Source: an uncultured virus (IMG/VR IMGVR_UViG_3300020469_000015) (taxonomy: Duplodnaviria; Heunggongvirae; Uroviricota; Caudoviricetes). Taken from it: a DNA stretch of 64,000 nucleotides. The notes below the pieces were generated by a model. That model had not been told where the DNA came from. It worked only from the letters and a program-made list of their open reading frames with translations, and made no database searches. Location: IMG/VR virus record IMGVR_UViG_3300020469_000015, one strand, 5' to 3'. Shown piece after piece: positions 53,849 to 63,775 of the stretch (the first letter of the stretch is position 1; each line of letters starts with the position of its first letter). Position numbers and translations under genes: made by a program.

Positions 53849-55557
53849 TCTACTATCCTTGTAAAGTTCTTATCTTTCTCAAACCTTATTTGTTGTTTAA
53901 ATTTGTCTGCCATAATATCTGTCTTGTGAGATATAATAAAAACATTCTCACCTTCTAGTGTGTTTAGTATCTTTAAGAAATCGTCTGTGCCTTGTCCGTC
54001 TAAACTACTATCAAATATTTCATCTAGTAATAATAGATTTGTTGATATACTGTTTTTCATTTTAGCAATAGCACGCCATGTAAATAACAATGCAAGATTT
54101 ATTCTCATCTTCTCACCTTCACTAAAACTTGTATAACTAAAATCGTCTCTAAATCTACTTCTTATTATTTCTTTAAACTCATCATCTAATTTAAAGTTAA
54201 CAAAGAAATCCATACTAGCAAGATACTTGTTAATTAACTGGTTCATAATAGGCAAGTATTGTTTAATAACTTTTGTTTTGATACCTGTATCTGCTAACAT
54301 TACTCTTGCCGCTTGTAGGTAATCAGTTTCTTCTTTTTTAGTTCTTATTGAATTTTCATATTCTTGTAATTGATTTTCTAATTCTTCTAACTTACCTTTT
54401 GCTTTACCTGTGTCTTCACTTTGTTGTGATAACTGTTCAATGTTATGTGCCAGTTTTGTGTTAATATTGTGTAACTCATTTTTTGATTGTTCATACTTAA
54501 CACTATCAATCTCTAATACTTTTATTTCTTCGTGTACACTAGCAATTGCTTGTAATCTATTTTGTTTAGTTGTAATCTCTTTGGCAACATCTGCTAATGC
54601 CTGATTAAATTTAATAAGTGATTTGTTTTCATCAGCAATCTTTTCTGATTTAAATTGTGGGTCAATACTTTGTTGACAAGTAGGACAGTTATCATTGAGT
54701 TCATAAAACTTCTTATGTTTTGTACATTGATTTACTTTACTTTCAAATTGTGTTTCAAAACTATTCAGTTTCTTAACTTGTTGTCTTACCTTATCTTCAT
54801 CTAGTATTGTTGTTTTAATATTTGTTATCTGTTTATTGATACCATCAACATGTGTTGAATACTTGTCTATTGCTTGTTTATTATCTTCTATCTTAGAATT
54901 ATAATCATCTATAACTTTTGTATTCTGTTTACCTGTATCTTGTAAATATTGTTGTTGAGTTTCTACCTTACTCTTTGTTATTTGTATATCTCTATCAATA
55001 TCTCTTATCTGTTCAGTAACTTCTTTGATTTGCATTTTAACTAACATATTCATTACTGAAAATATCTTAATATCTAAAATGTCTTCTACTACCTCTCGTC
55101 TATGTGGTGACTTCAATTCCATAAAAGGAACAAATGTACTACTACCTAAGATTACTACCTGAGTAAAACTTCTATAGTTAAATTTAAGTATATTATTCTC
55201 TAAATGTTTTTGTTGGTCAGCTATAGTTGCTTCTTGGTTTATCATTTCACCATTTAAGTATATCTGAAATATATTAGGTTTAATACCTCGTACTACTCTA
55301 TACTTGTTTTGTGCAATGGTAAAGTTTACTTCTATCTCAGTACCACCTAAGTTAATACTGTTAATTAATTGTTCTTTCTTTATATCTCTAAAAGCTTTAT
55401 TAAATAAAGCAAAACACAATGCGTCAAGTATAGTTGACTTACCTGCACCGTTATGACCTATAATAAGTGTTGTTTCGTCTTTGTTTAAATCTATTTCTAT
55501 ACCTTGTTGTCCTGTTGAAAGAAAGTTCTTCCATTTAATCTTTTCAAATACTATCAT
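53845..55557 (-). CDS. 46: recombination endonuclease subunit, Rad50/SbcC-like (gp46)
   Basis: GHNGAGKST, CPTC hook, FSEGEK, LLDEIFD, ISH. Confidence 0.96.
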   Translation of the reverse strand: MIVFEKIKWKNFLSTGQQGIEIDLNKDETTLIIGHNGAGKSTILDALCFALFNKAFRDIKKEQLINSINLGGTEIEVNFTIAQNKYRVVRGIKPNIFQIYLNGEMINQEATIADQQKHLENNILKFNYRSFTQVVILGSSTFVPFMELKSPHRREVVEDILDIKIFSVMNMLVKMQIKEVTEQIRDIDRDIQITKSKVETQQQYLQDTGKQNTKVIDDYNSKIEDNKQAIDKYSTHVDGINKQITNIKTTILDEDKVRQQVKKLNSFETQFESKVNQCTKHKKFYELNDNCPTCQQSIDPQFKSEKIADENKSLIKFNQALADVAKEITTKQNRLQAIASVHEEIKVLEIDSVKYEQSKNELHNINTKLAHNIEQLSQQSEDTGKAKGKLEELENQLQEYENSIRTKKEETDYLQAARVMLADTGIKTKVIKQYLPIMNQLINKYLASMDFFVNFKLDDEFKEIIRSRFRDDFSYTSFSEGEKMRINLALLFTWRAIAKMKNSISTNLLLLDEIFDSSLDGQGTDDFLKILNTLEGENVFIISHKTDIMADKFKQQIRFEKDKNFTRIVE

Positions 55558-56273
55558 ACTTCGTATCTTTTTTCTCCCATAACATATAGTTTACTATCTG
55601 GTCTTTGAAACGCACCATTACCACTTACTGATATTCTTACACCATCACACTTAAATGGTGGCACAGCATGTTTTAACTGAGACGGAAAGATATACATTTC
55701 ATTTGCTTCAGGTACTCCCATGTGAATATTTGTTACCCAAGGAAAAGTTACATCTGGATTGCCACTTGTCTCGCCATAACTAAATGCAATACAACCAGGA
55801 CCAGGACCTTTCTTTTTATAATTTTCTCTTTCTGCTTTCATGCCCTCTGGTATCTGTAAATAGATTACCCAACTAAAGTCACCAGAATGTGTATGTTCAG
55901 GTTGATATTCATTGGCATGTTGATAATTAATCCATACGTTCTCTATTACATAATCTGGTACAAAAATATAGTTATGAAAGTTCATACGTTCTTTTGTATA
56001 ATGTGTAAACACATCTTTTAAACTTTTATTAAACCATCTTTGTTGTTTGCCATCAAATTGTCTTTCATGTCCTGTTTTTAAATCACCTGCTAAACTATCT
56101 TTAATAATTTGATTAGTATATGTACCGTCTTCTTGTAAATATCTATCTGTAGTTTTATCACCTTGTTCTAATAAATCTTTACAAAATTGTGGGTCTAATT
56201 TACAATGATAGATGTAAGGACCAAAGTACATATTTTTATATTCATATTTGTGGTCGTAATTACTCATAGTCAA
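55554..56273 (-). CDS. 2OG-Fe(II) oxygenase
   Basis: WINY...QPEHTH, IFPSQLKHAV, RISVSGN. Confidence 0.87.
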   Translation of the reverse strand: MTMSNYDHKYEYKNMYFGPYIYHCKLDPQFCKDLLEQGDKTTDRYLQEDGTYTNQIIKDSLAGDLKTGHERQFDGKQQRWFNKSLKDVFTHYTKERMNFHNYIFVPDYVIENVWINYQHANEYQPEHTHSGDFSWVIYLQIPEGMKAERENYKKKGPGPGCIAFSYGETSGNPDVTFPWVTNIHMGVPEANEMYIFPSQLKHAVPPFKCDGVRISVSGNGAFQRPDSKLYVMGEKRYEV

Positions 56274-57303
56274 ATGCCTCCGTATATAAACTTTTCATTA
56301 AGGTTTTTAATCTATCTTTATTTAAATTCGTATCTGTTTGTTCTATATAGGTATCAAGTAAAGTTGGTGTATCTTCCGTCTTTTCAACTATATCATCATT
56401 TACTGTTGAAGCGTCTAAGTCTGAATAATCTTCTATAATTTTTAAATCATATACATTAGACTTTTGGTAAATATCATCAACAAATTTATCAAACATAAAG
56501 TAGTCTGATTTCTTTTCTACTATAAGTTTAATGTATTTGTTATTACATTCATTAAAATCAAAGTTCTTATAATCTGTAGTTTCATCATTGTAATATATTT
56601 TATGATGTATTGTTAAAGGGTTTCGTATTGGTGTAAGTTCTCTTGTTTCTGTATCGTAAATGTGAAAGTGTTTAGGACATTTATAATCTGACCAAGTCAT
56701 TTCATATTGACAACCAAGGTAAAATATATGACCATCATCTGATTTCTTATGAAAGTGACCAGATAATACTGTTTCAAATCTTTTAAACATTTCTTTTTCT
56801 ACACCTACATCTGAATGATGTCCAGTATGCATTTCAAAACCTTTAATCTCTAAATGACCCATAACAATGTCTGCTGTTTCTTGTTCTAACATCATTTTAG
56901 TTCTATCGTAGTTTTCAGGTGTTACCCATGGTATAATCAATATATCATGTCCTGCAATTGTAATCTTTTGTGGGTCTGAATAAACTTTAAACTGACTTAA
57001 CAATTCTTTAGGTGCGTTTACTTCATTTGTGTTCTTGTAATAGGTATCATGGTTACCTACTATAAAGTGTGTATCATATTTCTTAAATTGACTTACTATC
57101 TTATTATTAAAATCAGTAAGTGTTTTAAAGTTTACATACTTACGTCTATCTAATATATCACCTAAATGAATAATTGTTTTGATATCGTTTTGTTCTAAGT
57201 ATGGAAAGAATTGTTTTTGCCAAAACTTATACATGTATTCATGGTAATTTGGATTGTCATTACGACATCCAAAATGTGTGTCGTTAACTAGGGCGATTTT
57301 CAT
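56260..57303 (-). CDS. 47: recombination endonuclease subunit, Mre11/SbcD-like (gp47)
   Basis: DTHFG, HLGD, GNHD, SGHFH. Confidence 0.96.
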   Translation of the reverse strand: MKIALVNDTHFGCRNDNPNYHEYMYKFWQKQFFPYLEQNDIKTIIHLGDILDRRKYVNFKTLTDFNNKIVSQFKKYDTHFIVGNHDTYYKNTNEVNAPKELLSQFKVYSDPQKITIAGHDILIIPWVTPENYDRTKMMLEQETADIVMGHLEIKGFEMHTGHHSDVGVEKEMFKRFETVLSGHFHKKSDDGHIFYLGCQYEMTWSDYKCPKHFHIYDTETRELTPIRNPLTIHHKIYYNDETTDYKNFDFNECNNKYIKLIVEKKSDYFMFDKFVDDIYQKSNVYDLKIIEDYSDLDASTVNDDIVEKTEDTPTLLDTYIEQTDTNLNKDRLKTLMKSLYTEAFDYE

Positions 57304-58774
57304 ATATGTTGTCTTTTAAATATTGATATAAAGATGGCATAGTATTTACTATTTTTTGCCAATCTTGTTTGTTTTGTTCTAAATGATTTGTCCATTCTTC
57401 GTTTATCTCTTTTGTATCCGGGTCATACAATAATTGTTCTACATCTAATAATGATACTGCCTGCCAATTTAAACCTGTTGCTATATAATGCATACCACCT
57501 AATGGGTTAAAATAGTAATCTTGCATTTTGGCATTCATTAAAGATTGTACTTCTTTTAAATGTACCAAACTTCTTTTTCTTACATCTTGCCAATATGGTG
57601 TATCGTCTCTTAATGATAAGGCATAATGCATGGCAACAAATGTAACATACTCATCAAAAATACTATTACACTCTAAGTTGTGTGTGTCTCTATCCCATTG
57701 TGAAAAATCACCTCGTTCTAAATTAGATACTAGTTTCATTATAAACGTATGTGTTTGTAAAAGACCTGTGCTCTCTAATGGTTCTATAAATCCGGCAGAT
57801 AAACCAATTGAACATACATTTTTTATCCACATTTCTTTTTGTCTGCCAACTCTCATACGGATGTTTTTAAATTCTAAATCGTCTCTACCTAAGTATTGTT
57901 TAAATTGTATTAATGCGTCATCATCATTGATATATTTACTTGAATAAACATAACCAGTACCAATTCTTTCCCAACTAGGTATATTCCACACCCAACCATT
58001 ATCTATCGCCGTACAATTTGTATATGGTTCTAGTTGTTGTTCTTTGTTTGTGTATGGCATTCTTGTTGCCCATGCACTATCATTAGGTAATATATCATTG
58101 TAAGATATAAAATCACCACCAACTTTATTTAATATCATAGATTTAAAACCTGTACAGTCTATGACTAAATCACATTCATGTGAATTGATATGTGATACAC
58201 CATTATCATTTTGTTGTACAAGATTTACATTTTCTAATACATGTTTCACACCTCTTGGTAAACAATAATGTTCTTTTAACCATAAACCAAATTTAGTGGC
58301 GTCAAAATGATAAGCGGTATCTGTTTTAAAATTGTAGTTAGGTAAAATATCATTAATATCACTTATTTTATTAGCATTAGAAATTAATACATTGGGTGAC
58401 ATGCACTCAGCATAATCACTATTAGGTAAATTTAATAATTGTTTTCTAAAGTACCATTTGTTTCTTTCTTTATCGTCCCAATAATATGGTCTGCCAAATG
58501 GGTAATGAAATGAACCTGCACCTTTTTTATAGAAGTCTGTAAATTTAATTGATAACTTATAACTAGCGTCACAGTAAGGCATAAAGTCTTTGTCTTCAAT
58601 GTTGAGATAATTTAACCAACCATTGATATGACCTAATGTACTTTCACCTACACCAACTGTAGATACATCTGGACTTTCTATTACAGTTATATTTTTATCA
58701 GGAAAGGTACGAATGAGTGTAGCTGCTGACATCCAGCCTGCACTACCACCACCCACAACTATAATATTTTTCAT
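57284..58774 (-). CDS. flavin-dependent tryptophan halogenase-like protein
   Basis: GGGSAG, GVGEST, ASYKLSIKF, WVWNIP, FIEPLESTG. Confidence 0.9.
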   Translation of the reverse strand: MKNIIVVGGGSAGWMSAATLIRTFPDKNITVIESPDVSTVGVGESTLGHINGWLNYLNIEDKDFMPYCDASYKLSIKFTDFYKKGAGSFHYPFGRPYYWDDKERNKWYFRKQLLNLPNSDYAECMSPNVLISNANKISDINDILPNYNFKTDTAYHFDATKFGLWLKEHYCLPRGVKHVLENVNLVQQNDNGVSHINSHECDLVIDCTGFKSMILNKVGGDFISYNDILPNDSAWATRMPYTNKEQQLEPYTNCTAIDNGWVWNIPSWERIGTGYVYSSKYINDDDALIQFKQYLGRDDLEFKNIRMRVGRQKEMWIKNVCSIGLSAGFIEPLESTGLLQTHTFIMKLVSNLERGDFSQWDRDTHNLECNSIFDEYVTFVAMHYALSLRDDTPYWQDVRKRSLVHLKEVQSLMNAKMQDYYFNPLGGMHYIATGLNWQAVSLLDVEQLLYDPDTKEINEEWTNHLEQNKQDWQKIVNTMPSLYQYLKDNIYENRPS

Positions 58775-59328
58775 TGCATAAAGTATTCTAGTTTAGATAC
58801 TTTTTTCTTCCTTGGTTTCTTTTCTTTTGGTTTATCAGGTGCTATCTCTACCATATTCTTTCTTAAAAAGTCAGCATATGCGTTTTGATATTCTGTATTA
58901 TCTGCTTCTTGTGAAACTAACTCATCTAAACCAGACTTCATTATTAGTTTCTGTTTAATAATTGTTTGTTTCTTTTCTTTTTGGATTCTTCTTATAAATG
59001 CGTAGTATATTATTTGTGTAAAGTAAGCAAATGGATTATTTGATTTTGTTGGATCAAAGTTAGAAACATATTGTAAACAATTTTCTATACCATCAGATAT
59101 CATATCTTCTTTATAAGTGTAATTAATGAAGTTTGGTCTATATGATAAATGATTAGCAATCTTTAGAAAACACTCACCAATGTAATCAGTTATTGGTGGT
59201 CTAGGTTTCTTTTTCTTTTCTGCCGCTATACACTTTAATTTATATTCTTTCATGGCAACTAAAAATTCTTTATTAGAGACATAATGCTCTTTCTTTTTAG
59301 GAACCTTGATTGGTTGTGTATTTTTCAT
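58771..59328 (-). CDS. 55: late transcription sigma factor (gp55)
   Basis: HYVSNKEF, IANHLSYRPNF, DGIENC, NPFAYFTQI. Confidence 0.96.
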   Translation of the reverse strand: MKNTQPIKVPKKKEHYVSNKEFLVAMKEYKLKCIAAEKKKKPRPPITDYIGECFLKIANHLSYRPNFINYTYKEDMISDGIENCLQYVSNFDPTKSNNPFAYFTQIIYYAFIRRIQKEKKQTIIKQKLIMKSGLDELVSQEADNTEYQNAYADFLRKNMVEIAPDKPKEKKPRKKKVSKLEYFMQ

Positions 59329-59356
59329 ATTATATTCCTTTTTAAAATATTACCCT

Positions 59357-59385
59357 ATTATATCACAATCTAGTAAAAAAGTCAA
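59357..59385 (-). promoter_or_regulatory. sigma70-type promoter for g55 (TTGACT-17-TATAAT)
   Basis: Consensus with extended TG. Confidence 0.85.
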
Positions 59386-59442
59386 GCTGTTATACTAGAT
59401 TTTGTAGTAATAAATTATTTTCATTTTTTTTGGTTTAAGCGC

Positions 59443-59471
59443 TTGACAATTTGAACAAAATGGTATATAAT
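59443..59471 (+). promoter_or_regulatory. perfect-consensus plus-strand promoter TTGACA-17-TATAAT, divergent from g55 and antisense to 59514..59987/uvsW
   Basis: Exact hexamers, 17-bp spacer, AT-rich upstream region; no sizeable plus-strand ORF follows. Confidence 0.75.
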
Positions 59472-59513
59472 AGGCATGTGCCTCCTTCAGAGATAGATTA
59501 CCTTAGAGTTACC

Positions 59514-59987
59514 TTAGTGTACTGTCTTCTTACCCATTAAGTAGTCTTGTGTCTCGTCATACTCAACATCGCCCAATTGGTCTAACAATTTACCAAAAGC
59601 AGCGGCTCTGTGTTTCTTTATTTCTTCAGGCGATTGTCTTAGTTTTCCACTACGAATATTCATATAATACTCAGAAATATCATCTGTAGGAACTGCAAAA
59701 CATAAAATATTATTTTTATGTATAGATATTACTTTATCTTTAGACTTGAATAACCAAGGTTTAATTGTCATCTTTTCTTCCATCATATAGTCTCCCAAAA
59801 AGTCATGTGGGTGTAACTGTATAATGTAAGGTTCTTCTAATCTTATAAAATCTGAGTTATCTTGTACCATTACTATGGCAACAAGTTGTTCACCTGAATT
59901 TAACTTTACTATTCTAGGTGTTGGTATCTTCTTAATAGTCTCTTTAGGGTTAGTAGTCACTTTACTTCCTTTCTTTGGAGTTCTCAT
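59514..59987 (-). CDS. conserved small beta-barrel (Sm-like) protein downstream of uvsW
   Basis: IVKLNSGEQLVA...EEP...KPW; C-terminal TVH. Confidence 0.75.
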   Translation of the reverse strand: MRTPKKGSKVTTNPKETIKKIPTPRIVKLNSGEQLVAIVMVQDNSDFIRLEEPYIIQLHPHDFLGDYMMEEKMTIKPWLFKSKDKVISIHKNNILCFAVPTDDISEYYMNIRSGKLRQSPEEIKKHRAAAFGKLLDQLGDVEYDETQDYLMGKKTVH

Positions 59988-61447
59988 ATCAAGTCCACCG
60001 TGTGTATATCATAATCAAACTGTTGTTCATTGTAAATATTTATCCTTTCCAAAAAGTGCTGGATTGTAAAGTTCTTCTTTTCTTTATAAGTAAAATCGTC
60101 AGATATATCATACACTTTAGCAGTATCTTTCTGCTCACCTAATCTTAAACCACGACCTATAGATTGTAAAACTCTTATAGGTGATTTAGTAGGGCTACTA
60201 AAAATAATGTTGTGTAAGTTACGAATATTGATACCAGTGCTATACGTCCCGTAAGAAGCGACAATAATCGTGTTGTCCAACTTTTCTGTGATTGCTCTAA
60301 TTCTTTCTCTATCATTTGTTTCTGTTCCGCCGTAAACAAAAAATACTTTACGGTCTTTTGCTTTTGCCTTTATTTGGTCATGTAAAGGTTTTCCATGTTT
60401 TTCTACATACTGAAATAGAACTAGAGTATTACCTTTTTGGTCGATTGCCAGATTAGTTAAAAACTTATTTCTTCTTTCGTGTGTTACTATATAGTCAATC
60501 TCGTCTTGGAACTTAGCATTTTTTATTTGCATACATTCTTCTTTTGGATATTTTAAGACAATACATTCTATTTTTAAATCCGCTAATTGTTTCTTATCTA
60601 TTAATTCTTTTGTAGTTGTAACATAGTGAACAGGTCCAAAGAGACCTTCTAATACTAACTTGTGTACTTTACTATCATCTAGTGTACCAGTTGTACCTAT
60701 TCTAAACTTGGCATTAATGCAAGCTGCCATAATCTTTTGTAATTCTTTTGATTTATATAAGTGTGCTTCATCACCTATTACACAATCAAACTGTTCAAAG
60801 TATTTCTTATCAAATGTTGCCAGAGATTGCCATGTAGATACAACTATCTTCTTATCTTCATCTATCTCATAACCATAATACTTTCTTTGTACATTTGTTT
60901 CTGCGTCATACCCATATGATATAAAGTCTTTATACATTTGTTCTACTAGTGATGTAGTTGGTACTACTAATAATATCTTTCCATCACTTTCTCTTATCAT
61001 TCGTATAATACAATAGATGATTAGAGACTTACCTGAAGCAGTTGGCGATACTAATACAGCACGTTTATTATTGATTGCATGTTGAACCGCTCCTATTTGA
61101 TATTCTCTTGGTTTGATGTTAGGTATAGATAAACCATCAATATACTTGGAAAAAAGATTGGTAGGATGGTTCACACCAATGGTTTCAGGTGCTTCGTGTG
61201 TGATTGTATGTGCGTTCCGGCGACAAAATTCGTTTATATACGGTAGTAACCCATAGTAAATTTTACCAGTTGCTTTACTAAACATTCTTATTTTACCGTC
61301 CCAACGTCTTGCTCTTACAGACGGCATAAAGCTGGCACCTGGTACTTGAAATGTAAAAAAATCAGATAAAGACTGTAACAGTCCTAAATCTTCACTTGTA
61401 CACTTAATATAGGATTCGTTAAACTTTGTTATTTTTAATTCGCTCAT
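59984..61447 (-). CDS. uvsW: SF2 DNA/RNA-DNA helicase
   Basis: WDGKIR, PTASGKS, DEAH, TGT, QSIGRGLR. Confidence 0.96.
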   Translation of the reverse strand: MSELKITKFNESYIKCTSEDLGLLQSLSDFFTFQVPGASFMPSVRARRWDGKIRMFSKATGKIYYGLLPYINEFCRRNAHTITHEAPETIGVNHPTNLFSKYIDGLSIPNIKPREYQIGAVQHAINNKRAVLVSPTASGKSLIIYCIIRMIRESDGKILLVVPTTSLVEQMYKDFISYGYDAETNVQRKYYGYEIDEDKKIVVSTWQSLATFDKKYFEQFDCVIGDEAHLYKSKELQKIMAACINAKFRIGTTGTLDDSKVHKLVLEGLFGPVHYVTTTKELIDKKQLADLKIECIVLKYPKEECMQIKNAKFQDEIDYIVTHERRNKFLTNLAIDQKGNTLVLFQYVEKHGKPLHDQIKAKAKDRKVFFVYGGTETNDRERIRAITEKLDNTIIVASYGTYSTGINIRNLHNIIFSSPTKSPIRVLQSIGRGLRLGEQKDTAKVYDISDDFTYKEKKNFTIQHFLERINIYNEQQFDYDIHTVDLI

Positions 61448-62249
61448 TTAATTCTGCATATGAGATATTAGTCAAGTTTGGTATGTCTTTGAATTTATCA
61501 ATAGGTTTACCTACATGTACATATTCATGTTGAGGATATTTCTTACATAATTTTTCAGTATGGTCTAACCAGTTCTTAGGTTTGATTGCACTTGCACTCT
61601 TACCTACATAACCTTTTGTACCTTTGTATATGTTATTGACTTGTTCAGTCTCACTATAATAATCATAACCTATTAGATATATCTTACTATCTTTATCAGA
61701 CGCCATCAAAGCAATCAAAGTACCTGCATTAGTCTTTTCATAGTAATACTTACCAAGACCTTGTACTTTGTCTTTTCTCTTTGTCCATGTAATTAGATAA
61801 CCTTCTTGGTCTTTAGATAGATATAGTTTTAAATCATCTTCATTCCAACCATTCTTTATTCTATCTTCTCTTAGTTTTGCCATTAAGTCTCTATTGTTTG
61901 CCCAACAAACAAAAAATTTCTTCTTTTCACCTTCCCATTCGTGTTCATCTAAATGAGTTAATTTAGGTTCTGCAATATCTTTACCTATAAACTTATCAAC
62001 TGTTTCTCTCTTAAACAAGTTTTCATATACAGTTGCTGGGTTCTTTGACCATTGTCTTAGATAACATATATTTTCAAATGCGTAACCACTACGATATATC
62101 TCATGGCATATATTATAATCCATTGCAAGTAATATATCAGGTGTAAAATCTCTATACAGTCCGTTAGCACCATATATTTTACCATGTGGTCTTAATGTTT
62201 CTAAATCAAAGTCTTTACGACTTTCGCCATTACCAATGCAAAAAATCAT
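61419..62249 (-). CDS. DUF115/Maf-like nucleotide-sugar-binding protein
   Basis: CIGNGESR, IYGANGLYR..PD, IYLIGYD. Confidence 0.6.
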   Translation of the reverse strand: MIFCIGNGESRKDFDLETLRPHGKIYGANGLYRDFTPDILLAMDYNICHEIYRSGYAFENICYLRQWSKNPATVYENLFKRETVDKFIGKDIAEPKLTHLDEHEWEGEKKKFFVCWANNRDLMAKLREDRIKNGWNEDDLKLYLSKDQEGYLITWTKRKDKVQGLGKYYYEKTNAGTLIALMASDKDSKIYLIGYDYYSETEQVNNIYKGTKGYVGKSASAIKPKNWLDHTEKLCKKYPQHEYVHVGKPIDKFKDIPNLTNISYAELNERIKNNKV

Positions 62250-62250
62250 A

Positions 62251-62679
62251 TTATATTCCGCCTTCCGTAAATTTTTTCCAATCTATTGCGTTCTTTATCT
62301 GAAAACCACGATTAGATATTTGTTTAAGTATATTCTCTAGGTAACTGTTTACTACGTTTAAGTAATCTACTTTTTGTTTCTGTTTAATAATATCAGTATC
62401 AGCGTCAATAAATGTACCTACATCTTGTCGTAATACTTTTAATTCAAAGTTATTATCTTTGTATGCCTCTGGTTCTGCTTTACCTAAGTAAAACAACCAT
62501 TTGCTTTTGTATAGTTGTGAGTATTCACTTTTTGCTTTTGTTAACATAAGTGAGTATGTGGAAAAGTGTTTAAGGTATTTGGCGTGTAAGATTGGTGTTG
62601 CTAAACTTTCTCTATCTAGTTCAGTATCGTCTATCTTTAAATCTTTTTCTGCTTGTGTTTGTAGTTCTTCTAAGTTCAT
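62251..62679 (-). CDS. uvsY: recombination mediator
   Basis: DLKID...LHAKY...YLGK...RGFQIKNAIDW. Confidence 0.92.
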   Translation of the reverse strand: MNLEELQTQAEKDLKIDDTELDRESLATPILHAKYLKHFSTYSLMLTKAKSEYSQLYKSKWLFYLGKAEPEAYKDNNFELKVLRQDVGTFIDADTDIIKQKQKVDYLNVVNSYLENILKQISNRGFQIKNAIDWKKFTEGGI

Positions 62680-62786
62680 AGTAAAATTGCTCCAATAATA
62701 AAACCTAAACTAAACATAATTTTATGTGGGTGGTCAATCCACAATATTTCTAGTTTAAATCTCAATTCATTTATATATTTCATCAT
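62676..62786 (-). CDS. small TM protein (36 aa, MMKYINELRF...SLGFIIGAILL)
   Basis: Manual translation; directly after a promoter; ATGA overlap with uvsY. Confidence 0.6.
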   Translation of the reverse strand: MMKYINELRFKLEILWIDHPHKIMFSLGFIIGAILL

Positions 62787-62789
62787 AAT

Positions 62790-62818
62790 ATTATATCACG
62801 TTTTTGCCAATTTGGCAA
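62790..62818 (-). promoter_or_regulatory. sigma70-type promoter TTGCCA-17-TATAAT
   Basis: Consensus with extended TG. Confidence 0.75.
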
Positions 62819-62826
62819 GTTTTTAA

Positions 62827-63429
62827 TTAAAATGGTGTAGAATACTCGTGGTACTTATAACCAAATGTTACCTGTGCTGTGATATATTCAACATCTGTAT
62901 TGTTTTGATTATATTCTATTGCACTTAAAGCTTTAGGATAACAATCTATAAATGATATCTCTACTTTAGGTATGTTTCTATTTGTTAAGTGTACTAGTTT
63001 TGCGTCTGAGTATATTGCACCATCAGGTGTTGCTAAACCAGATTTACCTGGTTCACTTTGTATGCCTCTTGTTTGAGAGTTTGGCATTCTATCTTGTCCT
63101 TCTGCTAATAGTGCTTGAAATTTCTCATCACTATCAACTTGTGCTAAAGCTGCCATCCACTCATGTACTTTTCTATAGTTTTGTAATTCTTCATCAACTA
63201 AGAAAGTAATTGTTAAATCACTAAACGTCATATCATTACCTGGTATTTTCAGTTGTTGTAAACGAGTAGGTTGATTTAATTCTGATAATGATACATCTGG
63301 TATTTGAGCTGCTACTGTATTAAACTCTACAAGTGGTAATTTTACCATCTGAAATTTAAACTTAGTAGGATCAGCGTAATCTAAACCTGCACCACTTGGT
63401 TGTTTAGTAGTTATTGTACTATCTGTCAT
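62827..63429 (-). CDS. 3: tail tube terminator/completion protein (gp3-like)
   Basis: PTKFKF, IPG..MTFSDLTITFLVDEELQNY, F.DCYP..LS; TAAATA at 63435-63440. Confidence 0.82.
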   Translation of the reverse strand: MTDSTITTKQPSGAGLDYADPTKFKFQMVKLPLVEFNTVAAQIPDVSLSELNQPTRLQQLKIPGNDMTFSDLTITFLVDEELQNYRKVHEWMAALAQVDSDEKFQALLAEGQDRMPNSQTRGIQSEPGKSGLATPDGAIYSDAKLVHLTNRNIPKVEISFIDCYPKALSAIEYNQNNTDVEYITAQVTFGYKYHEYSTPF

Positions 63430-63442
63430 ATTACTATTTAGT

Positions 63443-63700
63443 CTAACCCCTAATGTCTGTCCCTGGTTTAGGTAGTGGTGTTATGATAGTTGTTGTCTCA
63501 TCTACCTCTTCCCACGCTTTATCGTCTGATAATTTCTTTAATTCTTTTTCTGTATCTGTTAATACTTTTTCTTTTTCTCTTATCTCATCCATTTTTTCTT
63601 CTAAAGGTAAAGGATCCTTAGATGTAGGTATCATCATAGCACACACTAATATGATAAGCGATATGATTGTTATCCAGAGATATTGTATTAGTATTTTCAT
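63443..63700 (-). CDS. single-TM hypothetical protein
   Basis: N-terminal TM; TAAATA at 63706-63711. Confidence 0.7.
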   Translation of the reverse strand: MKILIQYLWITIISLIILVCAMMIPTSKDPLPLEEKMDEIREKEKVLTDTEKELKKLSDDKAWEEVDETTTIITPLPKPGTDIRG

Positions 63701-63715
63701 ATGATTATTTATTCC

Positions 63716-63750
63716 AAAAAAAAAGAGGGGAAAATTAATTCCCCTCTCTT
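63716..63750 (-). terminator. intrinsic terminator after g23
   Basis: AGAGGGGAA/TTCCCCTCT stem plus poly-T. Confidence 0.9.
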
Positions 63751-63775
63751 TATAATTTACACCGCAAAGGTAATA

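Noticed and set aside
61150..61260. GC-richer patch with rare codons (CGC CGG, CCG, GGG) in uvsW
   Set aside because: Alternative frames on both strands close within about 30 codons and no convincing structure was found
88..63704. Numerous plus-strand ORFs of 60-161 aa in the ORF track
   Set aside because: Antisense shadows of well-supported minus-strand genes; no SDs, promoters or recognisable motifs seen
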